Shown here piece after piece: positions 21,022-32,000 of a stretch of 32,000 nucleotides of DNA. The position numbers and the translations under genes were made by a program. The stretch spans positions 2,850,001 through 2,882,000 of the forward strand of contig NC_000964.3 of NCBI RefSeq assembly GCF_000009045.1, given 5' to 3'. The DNA is from Bacillus subtilis subsp. subtilis str. 168. Lineage in GTDB: Bacteria > Bacillota > Bacilli > Bacillales > Bacillaceae. The notes under the pieces were generated by a model. It was not told where the DNA came from. It did not search any database and saw nothing but the letters and a program-made list of their open reading frames with translations. Each line of letters begins with the position of its first letter. Position 1 is the stretch's first letter.

Positions 21022-22749
21022 TTACGCATGGCTATTTTTATATTGAGGAATATAGAGAATCTGTCCTGCTTTTAATTCATCATCCAAGGCTAAAGAATTC
21101 ATCCTGATCAGCTGCTGGGATGTAATTTCATACCGTTCGCATAAACGCTCGATCGTATCTTCCTGCTGCACAATACAAATTTTCATTCTCGAAAACTCAT
21201 CCGCTTCTTTTGTAAAGAGTTTTGTTAAATAAAGAGAATTATCACTTTCCTTTGTTTGAGGTTCCTTCGTTTCAGCAGCAGGAGCAACCCTAGGAACAGC
21301 ATCCGTTTCCTTCCTTTCAGTCTCAGAAGATTCAGGCAGCTGGAAGGATTGAAAAGGTGTTTCTTCCTTAGGCTCTTCAGCTGATGGTGTTTTTCTCACT
21401 TCAATTTCGAAGCTCTCTTCCTCTTGTTCTTCCTCCTCCAGCAGCTTAGGCGCTGAATAAAAAGAATCCTCCTCTTCTTGTTCAGGCAGGAAGGTACGGT
21501 ATGCCGGTTCAGGCAATTCTTCTTGAGATGCCTCCTCCGAGCTTGTTTTTTGATTGAAATGGAAATGTAAATCGGCATTGTCATTCTCCATATATACAGC
21601 TGAAGCTGTTTCTCTGCTATCTTCTATGGAGAGAGCGGCCTCTGATACACTCTCCAAAGCTTCATCCGGTTCCGCCTCTTCTTGGCAAAGCGCAGGATCA
21701 GCCTGATCCGATTGAGCTGCTTCTTCATTTTGAGCCTCTTGGCGCAGCGCATATTCATGATTAGGAGACACTGTTGTTTCCTCTTTTTCCTTTGCAATCA
21801 CAGTCTCTGAATGAAGCTCAGCTTCCAAAGCAGGCGATTCTTCTGCTCCAACGTGTTCACGAAGCTCAGTCTCCGCTGGAGAGTCTGCTTCTTCACGAAC
21901 ATCCGCTATTGCAGCTGCCGGCTCTGCCGTTTCTTTTTTTGCTTTAACGATCTCTTGAATCTCTATTTCTGAAGGATCAGGTTCTGGCTCAGATTCTTCT
22001 GTTTCCGATTCAGCACGAACCTCCGTTTCCGGCACAGCAAGCTCTTCTGACTCTTCTTCCTCTTTCACATCTTCTCTGGCCTCTGGTTCTGAAGCAACCG
22101 ATTCAGGCGGCTCAGATTCTGCTTTTTCTGTCTCCAGTTCTTCACGGAGCCCCGCTTTCGAGATAAAAAGTTCTGGCGGTTCGGCTGGCGGTTCATGCTG
22201 AAGAACTGCTTCCTCTGCCGATGATGCACCCGGTTCTTCTACTACACTATGTGCCGGCGGCTCTGAAAGCTCTTCCTCCCTGAATGCCGCAGGAGCTTCA
22301 TATAAAGGTATCTCCGGCTCTTTGTCTTGCGTATCGTCCAAAAGCCCTTCGATCGCTAAATCAGCTTGAATTGTTAAAATGCGCGAATCCGTCAATTGAT
22401 AGTCAAATGCGTCAATAAAGACGAAGACATCCTGTAAATGGCTCACTTTATTTTTCGGAATGGTAATATCCACAGGAAAACAGTGAGTCAGTTCCGCACT
22501 TCCATCCTCTCTCTTTCTGACTTGTTCAACAAACCGCTTATCTGTATAAATCTCTTCGGTATGTTTGTTTTGATCTATGTTGTACTCACCTGTAAGTTCA
22601 AGCGATCCTATGATTGATACATAATCATTTACTTCCTGAACCCTAATATCAGGATCTAATGAAATAGAAAGCAGTTCAGAAACTTCCTGTCCTTTTTGGA
22701 AACAGATCGATTCTTCTACAGAAAATTGCAATCGATGATTTTGCGGCAA
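21022..22749 (-). CDS. spoVID: SpoVID spore coat encasement protein
   Basis: N-terminal conserved domain, long Glu/Pro-rich acidic centre, C-terminal LysM (DTIERLCERYEITSQQLIRMNSLALDDELKAGQILYIP). TTG start (22749) lies 8 nt after GGAGG; the in-frame ATG at 22755 is only 2 nt after it. Confidence 0.95.
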   Translation of the reverse strand: MPQNHRLQFSVEESICFQKGQEVSELLSISLDPDIRVQEVNDYVSIIGSLELTGEYNIDQNKHTEEIYTDKRFVEQVRKREDGSAELTHCFPVDITIPKNKVSHLQDVFVFIDAFDYQLTDSRILTIQADLAIEGLLDDTQDKEPEIPLYEAPAAFREEELSEPPAHSVVEEPGASSAEEAVLQHEPPAEPPELFISKAGLREELETEKAESEPPESVASEPEAREDVKEEEESEELAVPETEVRAESETEESEPEPDPSEIEIQEIVKAKKETAEPAAAIADVREEADSPAETELREHVGAEESPALEAELHSETVIAKEKEETTVSPNHEYALRQEAQNEEAAQSDQADPALCQEEAEPDEALESVSEAALSIEDSRETASAVYMENDNADLHFHFNQKTSSEEASQEELPEPAYRTFLPEQEEEDSFYSAPKLLEEEEQEEESFEIEVRKTPSAEEPKEETPFQSFQLPESSETERKETDAVPRVAPAAETKEPQTKESDNSLYLTKLFTKEADEFSRMKICIVQQEDTIERLCERYEITSQQLIRMNSLALDDELKAGQILYIPQYKNSHA

Positions 22750-22796
22750 GTTCATATCCTCCTTTCATCTAATCCTTAAAATTAGATGTCACTAAA

Positions 22797-22823
22797 GGTG
22801 TATGTATGAACTGGAGAAAATAT
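22797..22823 (-). promoter_or_regulatory. Putative sigmaE promoter of spoVID-ysxE
   Basis: Minus strand CATATTTT (ATATT core 22819-22823), 14 nt, CATACACC (22797-22804), with overlapping CATACATA. Confidence 0.5.
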
Positions 22824-22838
22824 GAGTGGGAGAGCACG

Positions 22839-22875
22839 AAAAAACCGGCACAAGGAGTCCTTGATACCGGTTTTC
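22839..22875 (-). terminator. Rho-independent terminator downstream of hemL
   Basis: Minus strand AAAACCGGTATCAAGG-ACT-CCTTGTGCCGGTTTTTT. Confidence 0.85.
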
Positions 22876-22879
22876 ACTC

Positions 22880-24172
22880 TTATCTGCGGCTGATCTCAGC
22901 AAATACTTTCTCAGCTGCCTGGATTGTGTTTTCAATATCTTCATCAGTATGGGCCGTTGAGAGGAAAAGACCTTCGAATTGTGATGGCGGAAGGAATACC
23001 CCTTCATTTGCCATCCCTTTATAATAGCTTGCGAACAGCTTCAAATCAGATGATTTCGCTGTTTCATAATTGATGACTGGTTCGTTTGTAAAGAAGAAAC
23101 CGATCATCGAACCTGCACGGTTAAAGGTATGCGGAATGCCATGAGCCCCGGCGGTTTTTGAAATTCCTTCTTCCAGTCTGTCGCCTTTTTTGATGAAATT
23201 CTTGTAGGATTCAGGTGTCAGCTGTTTCAATGTCTCTAAGCCAGCCGTCATCGCAAGCGGGTTGCCTGACAATGTACCAGCTTGATAGATCGGACCGCTT
23301 GGAGCGATCTGCTCCATGATTTCTGCCTTTCCGCCATAAGCGCCGACAGGAAGTCCGCCCCCGATTACTTTTCCTAAACAAGTCAGATCAGGCGTTACGC
23401 CGAAGTAGCCTTGAGCGCAGTTATAATCGACCCGGAAGCCAGTCATCACTTCATCAAAAATCAGCAGGGAGCCGTACTGCTCAGTGATATCACGCAGACC
23501 CTGAAGGAAACCTTCTTGCGGCGGAACAACACCCATATTTCCGGCAACTGGCTCTACAATGACTCCCGCAATGTCTTCACCGAATTGCTGGAAAGCAAGC
23601 TTTACACTTTCTAAATCATTGTACGGAACGGTGATGGTGTTTTTCGCAATGCCTTCAGGCACCCCCGGGCTGTCAGGCAGACCGAGAGTGGCAACACCTG
23701 AACCAGCTTTAATCAAGAGAGAATCGCCGTGTCCGTGGTAGCAGCCCTCAAATTTTAAAATCTTGTTGCGGCCCGTATAGCCCCTTGCCAAACGGAGGGC
23801 ACTCATTGTAGCCTCTGTTCCGGAGCTTACCATTCGTACAATTTCTACAGATGGCACACGATCAATGACGAGCTTAGCCAGTTCATTTTCTACTTCAGTC
23901 GGAGCACCAAAGCTTGTCCCGTATTCAGCCACTTTTTTGAGGCTTTCTACGACGCGGTCATTTGTATGCCCTAAAATTAAAGGCCCCCATGACAAGACGT
24001 AGTCAATATATTCATTCCCGTCAATATCAAAGATTTTCGAGCCTTTTCCGCGCTCCATAAAAATCGGGTCCATGTCTACCGATTTAAATGCGCGAACGGG
24101 ACTGTTCACACCGCCCGGCATGAGTTTTTGCGCTTCTTTAAAAGCCGTTTTTGATTTTTCATAGCTTCTCAT
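22880..24172 (-). CDS. hemL: Glutamate-1-semialdehyde 2,1-aminomutase
   Basis: 430 aa from [29 protein letters not shown]; [41 protein letters not shown]. Confidence 0.98.
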
Positions 24173-24201
24173 CTGCCTCAACTCCTGTCAACTGAATAAA
24201 A

Positions 24202-25176
24202 TTACTCCGCAAGCCATTTCGCTGCGTCTTTCGCATGATACGTAATAATCAGGTCGGCACCCGCGCGCTTCATGCTTGTCAAAATTTCCAACACAATTTC
24301 TTTTTCTTTGATCCAGCCGTTCTGCGCTGCAGCCTTCACCATTGAATACTCTCCGCTTACATTATAAGCGACGAGCGGCAAAGTAAACTCATTTTTTACG
24401 TCACGCATGATATCCATATAAGAAAGCGAAGGTTTGACAATCAAAAAGTCCGCGCCTTCCTCAACATCTGATTGTGCTTCGCGGAGTGCCTCCATACGGT
24501 TGGCAGGGTCCATCTGATATGTTTTGCGGTCTCCGAATTGCGGTGTGCTGTTTGCTGCATCACGGAACGGACCGTAAAACTCACTTGAATATTTAACAGC
24601 GTAAGACATGATGGGAATATTGACGAATCCTTCTTTATCAAGTGCTTCTCTGATCACTGTAACAAATCCGTCCATCATGTTTGATGGCGCAATGATATCC
24701 GCACCTGCTTTCGCTTGGCTGACAGCTGTCTGCGCCAAAAGCTCCAGCGATTCATCATTGAGAATGACTCCGTCTTTGACAAGTCCGCAATGGCCGTGGT
24801 CTGTATATTCGCACAGGCACGTGTCAGCGACAACAACCATTTCAGGGAAGTGTTCTTTAATTTCTGTGATGGCTTTTTGGACAATTCCGTGATCATGGTA
24901 CGCTTGTGTTCCGCAATCATCTTTTTCTTCCGGGATGCCGAACACGATAACAGATTGAATGCCCAGTTTGACCAGCTCCGCTACTTCATCCTTCAATAAA
25001 TCTAATGATACATGGTGAACATCAGGCATTGACGGAACAGCTTTTTTGCCTTCCAGCCCTTCAACGACAAAAATCGGATATATAAAATCTGATGGATGCA
25101 AACGTGTTTCCTTTACCATTTCTCTCATTGCTTTTGATGTCCGCAGGCGGCGGTGTCTATTAAATGATTGACTCAT
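24202..25176 (-). CDS. hemB: Delta-aminolevulinic acid dehydratase (porphobilinogen synthase)
   Basis: 324 aa; [41 protein letters not shown]. Track start is 10 aa upstream. Confidence 0.98.
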   Translation of the reverse strand: MSQSFNRHRRLRTSKAMREMVKETRLHPSDFIYPIFVVEGLEGKKAVPSMPDVHHVSLDLLKDEVAELVKLGIQSVIVFGIPEEKDDCGTQAYHDHGIVQKAITEIKEHFPEMVVVADTCLCEYTDHGHCGLVKDGVILNDESLELLAQTAVSQAKAGADIIAPSNMMDGFVTVIREALDKEGFVNIPIMSYAVKYSSEFYGPFRDAANSTPQFGDRKTYQMDPANRMEALREAQSDVEEGADFLIVKPSLSYMDIMRDVKNEFTLPLVAYNVSGEYSMVKAAAQNGWIKEKEIVLEILTSMKRAGADLIITYHAKDAAKWLAE

Positions 25177-25961
25177 ATTCTCTCTTCCTCTCTTGACATG
25201 CTGCACATTAACTCAAGCATGCCATCTATTGTAAATGTATCAGGCGTATGCGATGTGATGCCGTACGTCAGAAGGGCATCATTTGTTAAAGGCCCAATGC
25301 TGATACAGGCCGTCCCATTCGCCTTCCACTTTTTTAATTCTTCTCCCAAGACATGCATAAACGTATGTACGGTTGATGAACTCGTAAATGTTACATAGTC
25401 AAAGGAATATTGACCCGCAGCGTCTTTCAATGCCTCAATGCCTTCTTCATCCGGAATCGTTTCGTAGAGAACCCATTCCTTTACTTCAAAACCGAGCGGG
25501 ACAAGCTCTTGTTTTATCACATCACGTGACAAATTCCCTTTCATCACGGTAATGGTCTCCCCCGGTTCAGCATGCTGCTTAAGAGCGTCAGCCAATTGTT
25601 CAGCAATATACTCCTGTGGCATCACATCAACCGATACGTTATGCATTTTTAAACGGCGCGCGGTTTTTTCACCGACGGCTGCAATTTTTTTATGCGCAGG
25701 GAGAATAAGCTGATTTTCCTTCAGATAAGAAAAAAAGAAGTCTGCCCCGTTCACACTTGTAAAAACAAGCCAGCCTGGCGCGGCAAGATCCTCTCTTACC
25801 TGTTCCGCAACATCATTCGGCAAAGCGCGGCGAAACGTAATCAAAGAGGTTAAAACCGCTTTACCGCCAAGCGCCTCCACTTTTTGCTGAAATGATGCTG
25901 CCTGTGCCTTATTCCGGGTGACAAGCACTGTTTTTCCTTTCAACGGAAAATCATTTTCCAT
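25173..25961 (-). CDS. hemD: Uroporphyrinogen-III synthase
   Basis: 262 aa; [42 protein letters not shown]. Stop overlaps hemB start. Confidence 0.96.
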
Positions 25962-26895
25962 CCTCGTCAAGCTCCCGTTTTACACGATCAATTAAATCTT
26001 TTGCTCCTTTGTCAGCCATAAGAGCGGCACAGCGCTTTCCTACTTCCTCCGGATCGTTTCCGGTGACGGTTTCTTTAAAAATGATTTTGCCGTCAGGTGA
26101 AGCGACAAGACCTGTCATTTCAATTTCATCCTGTCCATTTAACACGGAGTAGCCCGCGATCGGAACCTGGCAGCCGCCCTCCATCGCGTTTAAAAAAGCA
26201 CGTTCCGCTAAGACAGTCCGTTTTGTATATTCATCTGTAAACTGAGAAAACAACGCCAACAGCTCTTCATCCGATTCTCGGCACTCAATCGCCAGGGCTC
26301 CCTGCCCCACAGCAGGCAAACAGCGCTCAGGCTCAAGGAATTCGGTTACGACATCTTGCTTCCAACCCATTCTGGAAAGGCCGGCAGCCGCTAAAATAAT
26401 TGCGTCATAATCCTCTGTTTCCAGCTTTTGAAGTCTTGTATCTATATTACCTCTAATCCATTTAATTGTAAGGTCAGGGCGCTCAATCAAAAGCTGCGCG
26501 CTTCTTCTTAAACTGCTTGTGCCAATGACAGCACCTTTCTTCATTTCTGAAAGCTTTACGCGATTCTTTGAAATAAGGGCATCACGCGGGTCCTCCCGTT
26601 CAGGAATACAGCCGATCACAAGGCCTTCAGGCAAAACAGCAGGCATGTCCTTCATGCTGTGCACTGCCATATCAATCTCTTCGTTTAAAAGCGCCTGTTC
26701 AATTTCTTTGACAAAAAGCCCTTTTCCACCCACTTTTGAGAGTGTAACATCGACAATCCGGTCGCCCTTTGTCACGATCTCTTTAATTTCAAAAGCAAAC
26801 GAAGGATTGATTTCCTTCAGTTTTTGAATAACCCATTTTGTTTGAGTCATAGCGAGTTTGCTCCGTCTGGAACCTACTTTAATCGTTCTCATCAT
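25951..26895 (-). CDS. hemC: Hydroxymethylbilane synthase (porphobilinogen deaminase)
   Basis: 314 aa from [19 protein letters not shown]; [28 protein letters not shown]. The 38-aa track extension overlaps hemX and is not supported. Confidence 0.97.
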   Translation of the reverse strand: MMRTIKVGSRRSKLAMTQTKWVIQKLKEINPSFAFEIKEIVTKGDRIVDVTLSKVGGKGLFVKEIEQALLNEEIDMAVHSMKDMPAVLPEGLVIGCIPEREDPRDALISKNRVKLSEMKKGAVIGTSSLRRSAQLLIERPDLTIKWIRGNIDTRLQKLETEDYDAIILAAAGLSRMGWKQDVVTEFLEPERCLPAVGQGALAIECRESDEELLALFSQFTDEYTKRTVLAERAFLNAMEGGCQVPIAGYSVLNGQDEIEMTGLVASPDGKIIFKETVTGNDPEEVGKRCAALMADKGAKDLIDRVKRELDEDGK

Positions 26896-26927
26896 TTCTT
26901 TCCTCCCGAATCTGCTTGGGACATCGT

Positions 26928-27758
26928 TTAACTGAACCAATGGAATTGCGACAGGCTTCCAAGCAGGAAATAATTGATCATCAGCACCAGAAAACAAGCC
27001 GTATTCCACAGTGCAGCGACCTTTCCTTGCAGCTCCTTAATCAGCCTGATATAAAGATAATAGCTGTACAGCAGCAGGACGACAAACGAACCAAGCACTT
27101 TGGCGTCAAACCAATACAGCGTTTCTAGTGAGACATACGCCCAAATGACGCCGAGAATCAAACTCAGCAGCAGCATCGGAACCCCAATGACATTTAAAAC
27201 ATACGCCATATAATCAAGCTTAGATAAATCTTCTATTCTCAACAGCCATTTTCCCCACTTTTTCTTTTTCAGCAGATGATATTGAAACATATATAGCACA
27301 GAAAAAACGAAAGAAAGGGAAAAAGCGCCGTATGAAAGAATCGCCATTGTAATATGAATCACCAAAAGCTCGGATACAAGCTGCCCGGAAAAAGCAGCTG
27401 ACTGCTGCTCTGTCGGTGAAAATGTGTGAATGGCGATCATAGAAAATCCTATAACATTTGTAAAAAACACGATAAAGTCAACACGTAAAAGCTTTGTCAG
27501 TACAAGTGACAGCGTGACAAGCACCCAGGCATAAAAATAAAGTGCCTCTGTCACATTTAATACCGGAAACCGCCCCGTCACCCACATAAAATAGGCCAAA
27601 TACACGGTTTGCAGAGTCCAGACAATAGAAAGCAACCAGAAGGCCATTTTTCCAGCCTTCCGGTTGTGTTGAAGAAAATCTATAAAATAAAAGAGTACAC
27701 TTAACGCGTAAATGACGATTGTCCCCTCATTAAGTCTTGCCATTGCAGTATCAATCAT
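26928..27758 (-). CDS. hemX: HemX, CcsA/HemX-family membrane protein, negative effector of HemA level
   Basis: 276 aa multi-TM protein between hemA and hemC; GLLLG-like loop [22 protein letters not shown]. Confidence 0.95.
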   Translation of the reverse strand: MIDTAMARLNEGTIVIYALSVLFYFIDFLQHNRKAGKMAFWLLSIVWTLQTVYLAYFMWVTGRFPVLNVTEALYFYAWVLVTLSLVLTKLLRVDFIVFFTNVIGFSMIAIHTFSPTEQQSAAFSGQLVSELLVIHITMAILSYGAFSLSFVFSVLYMFQYHLLKKKKWGKWLLRIEDLSKLDYMAYVLNVIGVPMLLLSLILGVIWAYVSLETLYWFDAKVLGSFVVLLLYSYYLYIRLIKELQGKVAALWNTACFLVLMINYFLLGSLSQFHWFS

Positions 27759-27765
27759 TCAGCTT

Positions 27766-29133
27766 TCACTCACTTACAAGTGGGCTAAAGCCCGCTTTTG
27801 ATTCAGCCTTCTTAAAAGAGTGGACCTTCTGGCTGCTTTCAACGGTTTTCATCATTTGACGGCCCGCAGCTTCTTCAATATCAAAAATCTGCATAAACAA
27901 CGCGAGCTTTTCTTCAGAATCAGCATCTGCCGCAAGCTCTTTCACCTTTAAAATCGGATCACGAAGCATTTGGTTAATAATACTTTTGGTGTGTTTGTTC
28001 AACAGTTTTTTCTCTCTTGTGCTTAAGTGAGGCAGCTTACGCTCAATGCTGTCCATCGTTTCTGACTGGATGGCAAGCGCCTTTTCGCGCAATGCAGAAA
28101 TAACAGGCACAACACCAAGTGTATTCATCCATTGTTTAAATTCCACAATGGTTTCTTCAATTAACAGTTCAACTTTTTCAGCTGTTTCTCTCCGCTCTTT
28201 CATGTTCGCTTCTACAATGCCTTCCAGATCGTCGATATCATAAAGAAAAACACCTTCAAGATCATTCAGCGCCGGATCAAGATCTCTAGGCACGGCAATG
28301 TCGACCATAAACAGCGGACGTCCCTTGCGAAGCTTATTCGCGTTTTCCATCATCTCTTTGGACACGACAAATTCACTTGCACCGGTTGAACTGATTAAAA
28401 TATCAGCCTCCGCAAGCGCGCTTTCAAGCTGATTCAAGCTTCTCGCTTCACCTGAAAAACGGTCTGCAAGCTCCTTCGCTTTCAAGTATGTTCGGTTAAT
28501 GACAGTGACCTTGCCGATTCCCTGTCCGTGCAGGTTTTCCGCAGCAAGCTCGCCCATTTTTCCCGCACCGAGAATCAATATGTGCTTGCTTGAAAGATTT
28601 CCGAAGATTTTTTTGGCAAGTTCAACTGCAGCATAGCTTACTGACACCGCATTTGAGCCAATGTCTGTTTCGGCGTGAGTCCGTTTGCCCACTGTAACTG
28701 CCTGCTTAAACAGCTCATTAAAAATAGTCCCGATCGTTTTTTCTTGCTGAGCTGTTTTAAAGCTGTCGCGTACCTGTCCGAGAATCTGCGTTTCGCCAAT
28801 CACCATAGAATCAAGTCCGCAGGCTACACGGAATAAATGCTCAACAGCGGCATCGCTCTCATAAAACGTTAAGAACGGTGACAGCTCTTCTTTGCTTAAT
28901 TGAAACCAATCAGCTAAAAACTTTTTTATATAATAACGGCCGGTATGAAGCTGGTCGACTACCGCATAAATTTCAGTGCGGTTGCAGGTTGAGACAATGA
29001 TGTTTTCAAGAATGCTTTTCTCTTCTTTCAGCTGCACCATTGCTTCTGCCAGCTCATTCGGCTGAAAACTTACTTTTTCACGTATCTCAATAGGGGCGGA
29101 TTTATAATCTACTCCCACAACAAGTATATGCAT
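27766..29133 (-). CDS. hemA: Glutamyl-tRNA reductase
   Basis: 455 aa from [23 protein letters not shown]; [37 protein letters not shown]. Confidence 0.98.
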   Translation of the reverse strand: MHILVVGVDYKSAPIEIREKVSFQPNELAEAMVQLKEEKSILENIIVSTCNRTEIYAVVDQLHTGRYYIKKFLADWFQLSKEELSPFLTFYESDAAVEHLFRVACGLDSMVIGETQILGQVRDSFKTAQQEKTIGTIFNELFKQAVTVGKRTHAETDIGSNAVSVSYAAVELAKKIFGNLSSKHILILGAGKMGELAAENLHGQGIGKVTVINRTYLKAKELADRFSGEARSLNQLESALAEADILISSTGASEFVVSKEMMENANKLRKGRPLFMVDIAVPRDLDPALNDLEGVFLYDIDDLEGIVEANMKERRETAEKVELLIEETIVEFKQWMNTLGVVPVISALREKALAIQSETMDSIERKLPHLSTREKKLLNKHTKSIINQMLRDPILKVKELAADADSEEKLALFMQIFDIEEAAGRQMMKTVESSQKVHSFKKAESKAGFSPLVSE

Positions 29134-29167
29134 CGCTCTAATTACACCCCCAACACCCAATCTTAAT

Positions 29168-29182
29168 TTATAATCATTCTAA
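29168..29182. promoter_or_regulatory. Second PerR box-like site
   Basis: TTATAATCATTCTAA, one mismatch to TTATAATNATTATAA. Confidence 0.6.
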
Positions 29183-29197
29183 CATAGAACTCATTAT

Positions 29198-29212
29198 TTA
29201 TAATAATTATAA
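29198..29212. promoter_or_regulatory. PerR box in hemA upstream region
   Basis: TTATAATAATTATAA, exact match to the PerR consensus TTATAATNATTATAA. The hemA operon is a known PerR target. Confidence 0.88.
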
Positions 29213-29362
29213 CATAGTTTCTTTCACAAAATGTGAACAGATTTTAAAATTCTTATGCTATATTAGAAAAAGCTTCAGGGAAAAGAAGCATTCCTATTGA
29301 CAATACCAAAAACAGCAGAAATTTACTACACATCAGCTCTAAAAAACAAGAAGGTGATATGC

Positions 29363-29860
29363 ATGAAACAAAAATCAATTTTATTCCCTTGTCTGCTGCT
29401 TGCCGCTTCTGTATATGCATGGCTAGAAAGCGGCCAAGCCGAACTGTTTTCAGGGCAGGATCAATGGCCTGTTCTCCTCATGCTGTTAGGCGCAGCCTTT
29501 GTATATCAAGGAAAAAAAGAAGCCGTCACACCCCATTTTTTTATCGGTTTGCTTCTCTTCGGGATCGGTTTACACTTTTTTGCCAAGCCGAAATGGGTAT
29601 GGTGGCCGGATGATTTTGAAATGCTCCTCTTTATGATCGGCTTCTCACTTCTCGTTTCAACCGTTCAAAAAAAAGAATATGTATATGAAGCTGTGTCGAT
29701 GATTTGTTTTTCCCTGTTTTTGTACTTTTTCAAACAAATTATGGCATGGCTTGAGTCTGCGCATATTCCAACAGCGCTTCTGAAGGAGTATTGGCCGTTT
29801 GTCTTTATTGGAATCAGTTTATTGTTATTATTGATAAAACGAAAAAAATCTATACGATAA
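29363..29860 (+). CDS. ysxD: YsxD, putative multi-TM membrane protein
   Basis: 165 aa from MKQKSILFPCLLLAASVYAWLESG with SD AAGAAGGTGATATGC; divergent from hemA. Track start is 22 aa upstream. Confidence 0.88.
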   Translation: MKQKSILFPCLLLAASVYAWLESGQAELFSGQDQWPVLLMLLGAAFVYQGKKEAVTPHFFIGLLLFGIGLHFFAKPKWVWWPDDFEMLLFMIGFSLLVSTVQKKEYVYEAVSMICFSLFLYFFKQIMAWLESAHIPTALLKEYWPFVFIGISLLLLLIKRKKSIR

Positions 29861-29863
29861 ATA

Positions 29864-29891
29864 AAACCGGTAGAGGATCCTCTACCGGTTT
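29864..29891. terminator. Bidirectional terminator: 28-nt perfect palindrome between convergent ysxD and ysxC
   Basis: AAACCGGTAGAGGATCCTCTACCGGTTT, flanked by T-rich sequence on both strands. Confidence 0.85.
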
Positions 29892-30469
29892 ATCATTTTT
29901 TTGATCGCTCCCCAAGCTTCGTCTTTTCCCTTTTTCGTTTCTGAAGAAAAGAGGATCAGCTCGTCTTCCGGATCAATATTTAATGTTTGTCGGACAACCT
30001 TCGCGTGTTTGTCCCATTTACCTTTCGGGATCTTATCCGCCTTTGTAGCGATAACAATAACAGGAATGCCGTAATACTTTAAAAATTCATACATCTGTAC
30101 ATCATCATTAGATGGCGCATGCCGCAAATCAACGATCTGCACCACAGCTTTTAATTCCTCGCGTGTCGTGATATAGGTTTCAATCATTCTGCCCCATGCT
30201 TCACGCTCAGACTTTGACACTTTGGCAAAACCGTAGCCCGGCACATCCACAAAATGCAGCTCATCATTGATAATGTAGAAATTAAGCGTTTGTGTTTTTC
30301 CCGGCTTTGATGACGTTCTCGCAAGATTTTTGCGATTGATTAATGAATTGATAAAAGACGATTTTCCTACGTTCGATCTTCCGGCCAATGCGATTTCCGG
30401 AAGCCCCCCTTCAGGGTACTGTTCCGGTTTTACTGCACTGATCACGATTTCTGACTTTGTGACTTTCAT
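29882..30469 (-). CDS. ysxC: YsxC/EngB family ribosome-biogenesis GTPase
   Basis: 195 aa; [28 protein letters not shown]. Stop overlaps terminator palindrome. Confidence 0.97.
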
Positions 30470-32000
30470 TTCTTCTCTCCTACTAAGGCATGTTCCAAAA
30501 CCTCGTCTAAGTGGGACGCCAATATAAATGTCAGCCCCTCCCTGACGCTTTCCGGAATATCCTCTATATCTTTTTCATTATCTTTAGGCGCAATAATGGT
30601 CGTTAATCCCGCTCTATGTGCGCCAAGCGCTTTTTCCTTTAAGCCGCCGATCGGCAGCACGCGCCCGCGAAGCGTGATTTCCCCAGTCATGCCGACTTCA
30701 CGCGAAACCGCCCGTCCCGTTAAAGCAGAAACAAGCGCTGTTGCCATCGTAATACCGGCTGACGGACCATCTTTTGGCACCGCACCCTCTGGTACATGTA
30801 TATGAATATCATACTTCTCATGAAAGTCAGGTTCAATGCCAAGTTCTTCTGTTTTGGATCGCACATAGCTGAATGCAGCCTGAGCAGACTCTCTCATAAC
30901 ATCTCCGAGCTTTCCTGTCAGGATTAATTTCCCTTTTCCCGGTGAAAGCGATACTTCAATCGAAAGCGTATCTCCGCCAACGGTTGTATACGCAAGCCCT
31001 GTCACTACACCAACTTGATCCTCTGTTTCAGCTTGTCCATATCTGAAAATGCGTTTTCCGATAAAATCTTGAAGGTTCTTCTCAGTAACCGTAATTCGTT
31101 TTCGCTCTTCAGCAACAATGGCTTTTGCAGCTTTACGGCAAATTGCGGCAAGCTGGCGTTCAAGGCTTCTTACACCCGCTTCTCTCGTATAGTAACGAAT
31201 AATATCAAGAATCGCCTGATCACGCAGCTGAAGATTGCTTTTCTTCAGCCCGTGTTCTTTGATTTGCTTTGGAAGCAAGTGATCCTTTACAATTTCAAGT
31301 TTTTCTATTTCTGTGTAGCCTGCGATATTAATAATTTCCATTCTGTCTCTGAGCGGGCCCGGGATTGTGGCCAAATTGTTCGCCGTTGCGATAAACAGCA
31401 CTTTGGATAAATCAAAGGTTTCTTCAATATAGTGATCACTGAAGCTGCTGTTTTGCTCTGGATCAAGCACTTCAAGCATAGCGGATGATGGGTCTCCTCT
31501 AAAATCAGATGACATTTTGTCAATTTCGTCTAATAAGAAGACCGGATTCAGCTTGCCCGCTTTTTTCATCCCTTGAATAATACGTCCAGGCATTGCTCCG
31601 ACATAGGTCCGTCTGTGTCCGCGTATCTCTGATTCATCCCGAACTCCTCCGAGTGAGATTCTGACGAATTTGCGTCCCAAGCTTTTTGCAATTGATTTGG
31701 CTAAAGACGTTTTTCCGACACCTGGAGGTCCTGCCAAACAGAGAATCGGGCCTTTCAGGGATTTTGTCAGCTTCTGGACAGCCAAATATTCTAAAATACG
31801 TTCTTTTACTTTTTCAAGCCCGTGGTGCTCTTCGTCCAAGAGACGTCCTGCTTCTTTCAAATCAAGCTTATCATCTGTTTCATCCGTCCACGGAAGAGCA
31901 ACCAGCCAGTCGATATAGTTGCGGATCACAGAGCTTTCCGCAGAACTTGACGGAATTTTTTCATATCTGTTCAATTCTTTAAGCGCTGTTTCTTTCACAT
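30466..32000 (-). CDS. lonA: ATP-dependent protease LonA (C-terminal two thirds; N-terminus beyond window)
   Basis: AAA+ Walker [16 protein letters not shown], Walker [11 protein letters not shown], Ser-Lys dyad [17 protein letters not shown] and [14 protein letters not shown]. Runs to the right edge. Confidence 0.98.
   Translation of the reverse strand, partial: VKETALKELNRYEKIPSSSAESSVIRNYIDWLVALPWTDETDDKLDLKEAGRLLDEEHHGLEKVKERILEYLAVQKLTKSLKGPILCLAGPPGVGKTSLAKSIAKSLGRKFVRISLGGVRDESEIRGHRRTYVGAMPGRIIQGMKKAGKLNPVFLLDEIDKMSSDFRGDPSSAMLEVLDPEQNSSFSDHYIEETFDLSKVLFIATANNLATIPGPLRDRMEIINIAGYTEIEKLEIVKDHLLPKQIKEHGLKKSNLQLRDQAILDIIRYYTREAGVRSLERQLAAICRKAAKAIVAEERKRITVTEKNLQDFIGKRIFRYGQAETEDQVGVVTGLAYTTVGGDTLSIEVSLSPGKGKLILTGKLGDVMRESAQAAFSYVRSKTEELGIEPDFHEKYDIHIHVPEGAVPKDGPSAGITMATALVSALTGRAVSREVGMTGEITLRGRVLPIGGLKEKALGAHRAGLTTIIAPKDNEKDIEDIPESVREGLTFILASHLDEVLEHALVGEKK

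Noticed and set aside
21396-21584. 62-aa minus-strand ORF inside spoVID
   Set aside because: Out-of-frame read of the repetitive Glu-rich region, giving Lys/Arg-rich noise.
26896-27009. 38-aa N-terminal extension of HemC in the ORF track
   Set aside because: It overlaps hemX, and known HemC begins at (M)[15 protein letters not shown]. The extension is just an open upstream frame.

Overview
This window reads as conserved core chromosome of Bacillus subtilis, strain 168 or a very close relative. That placement rests on recalled protein sequences and gene order; no database search was run. Gene order from the left edge is nifS(partial,+)-niaR/yrxA(+) | pheA-pheB-obg-spo0B | rpmA-prp(ysxB)-rplU | spoIVFB-spoIVFA | minD-minC-mreD-mreC-mreB-radC-maf | spoIIB-comC | folC-valS | small + strand ORF | ysxE-spoVID | hemL-hemB-hemD-hemC-hemX-hemA | ysxD(+) | ysxC-lonA(partial). 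Almost everything is on the minus strand. All expected reading frames look intact. I see no phage, transposon, CRISPR, toxin-antitoxin or defence-type cassette, and I do not claim a novel system. The points most worth a second look are: (1) a 63-aa hydrophobic + strand ORF between valS and ysxE, with a strong Shine-Dalgarno, a sigmaK-like upstream motif and a hairpin shared with ysxE; (2) a perfect PerR-type box plus a second near-perfect one upstream of hemA; (3) a 28-nt perfect palindrome that contains the ysxC stop codon between convergent ysxD and ysxC; (4) the valS T-box and L21 leader regulatory RNAs; (5) the L27 N-terminal extension encoded beside its processing protease Prp; (6) hairpins between obg/pheB and valS/folC without strong T-tracts. 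Several ORF-track starts are upstream extensions, and trimmed starts are given where SD spacing or family knowledge supports them.
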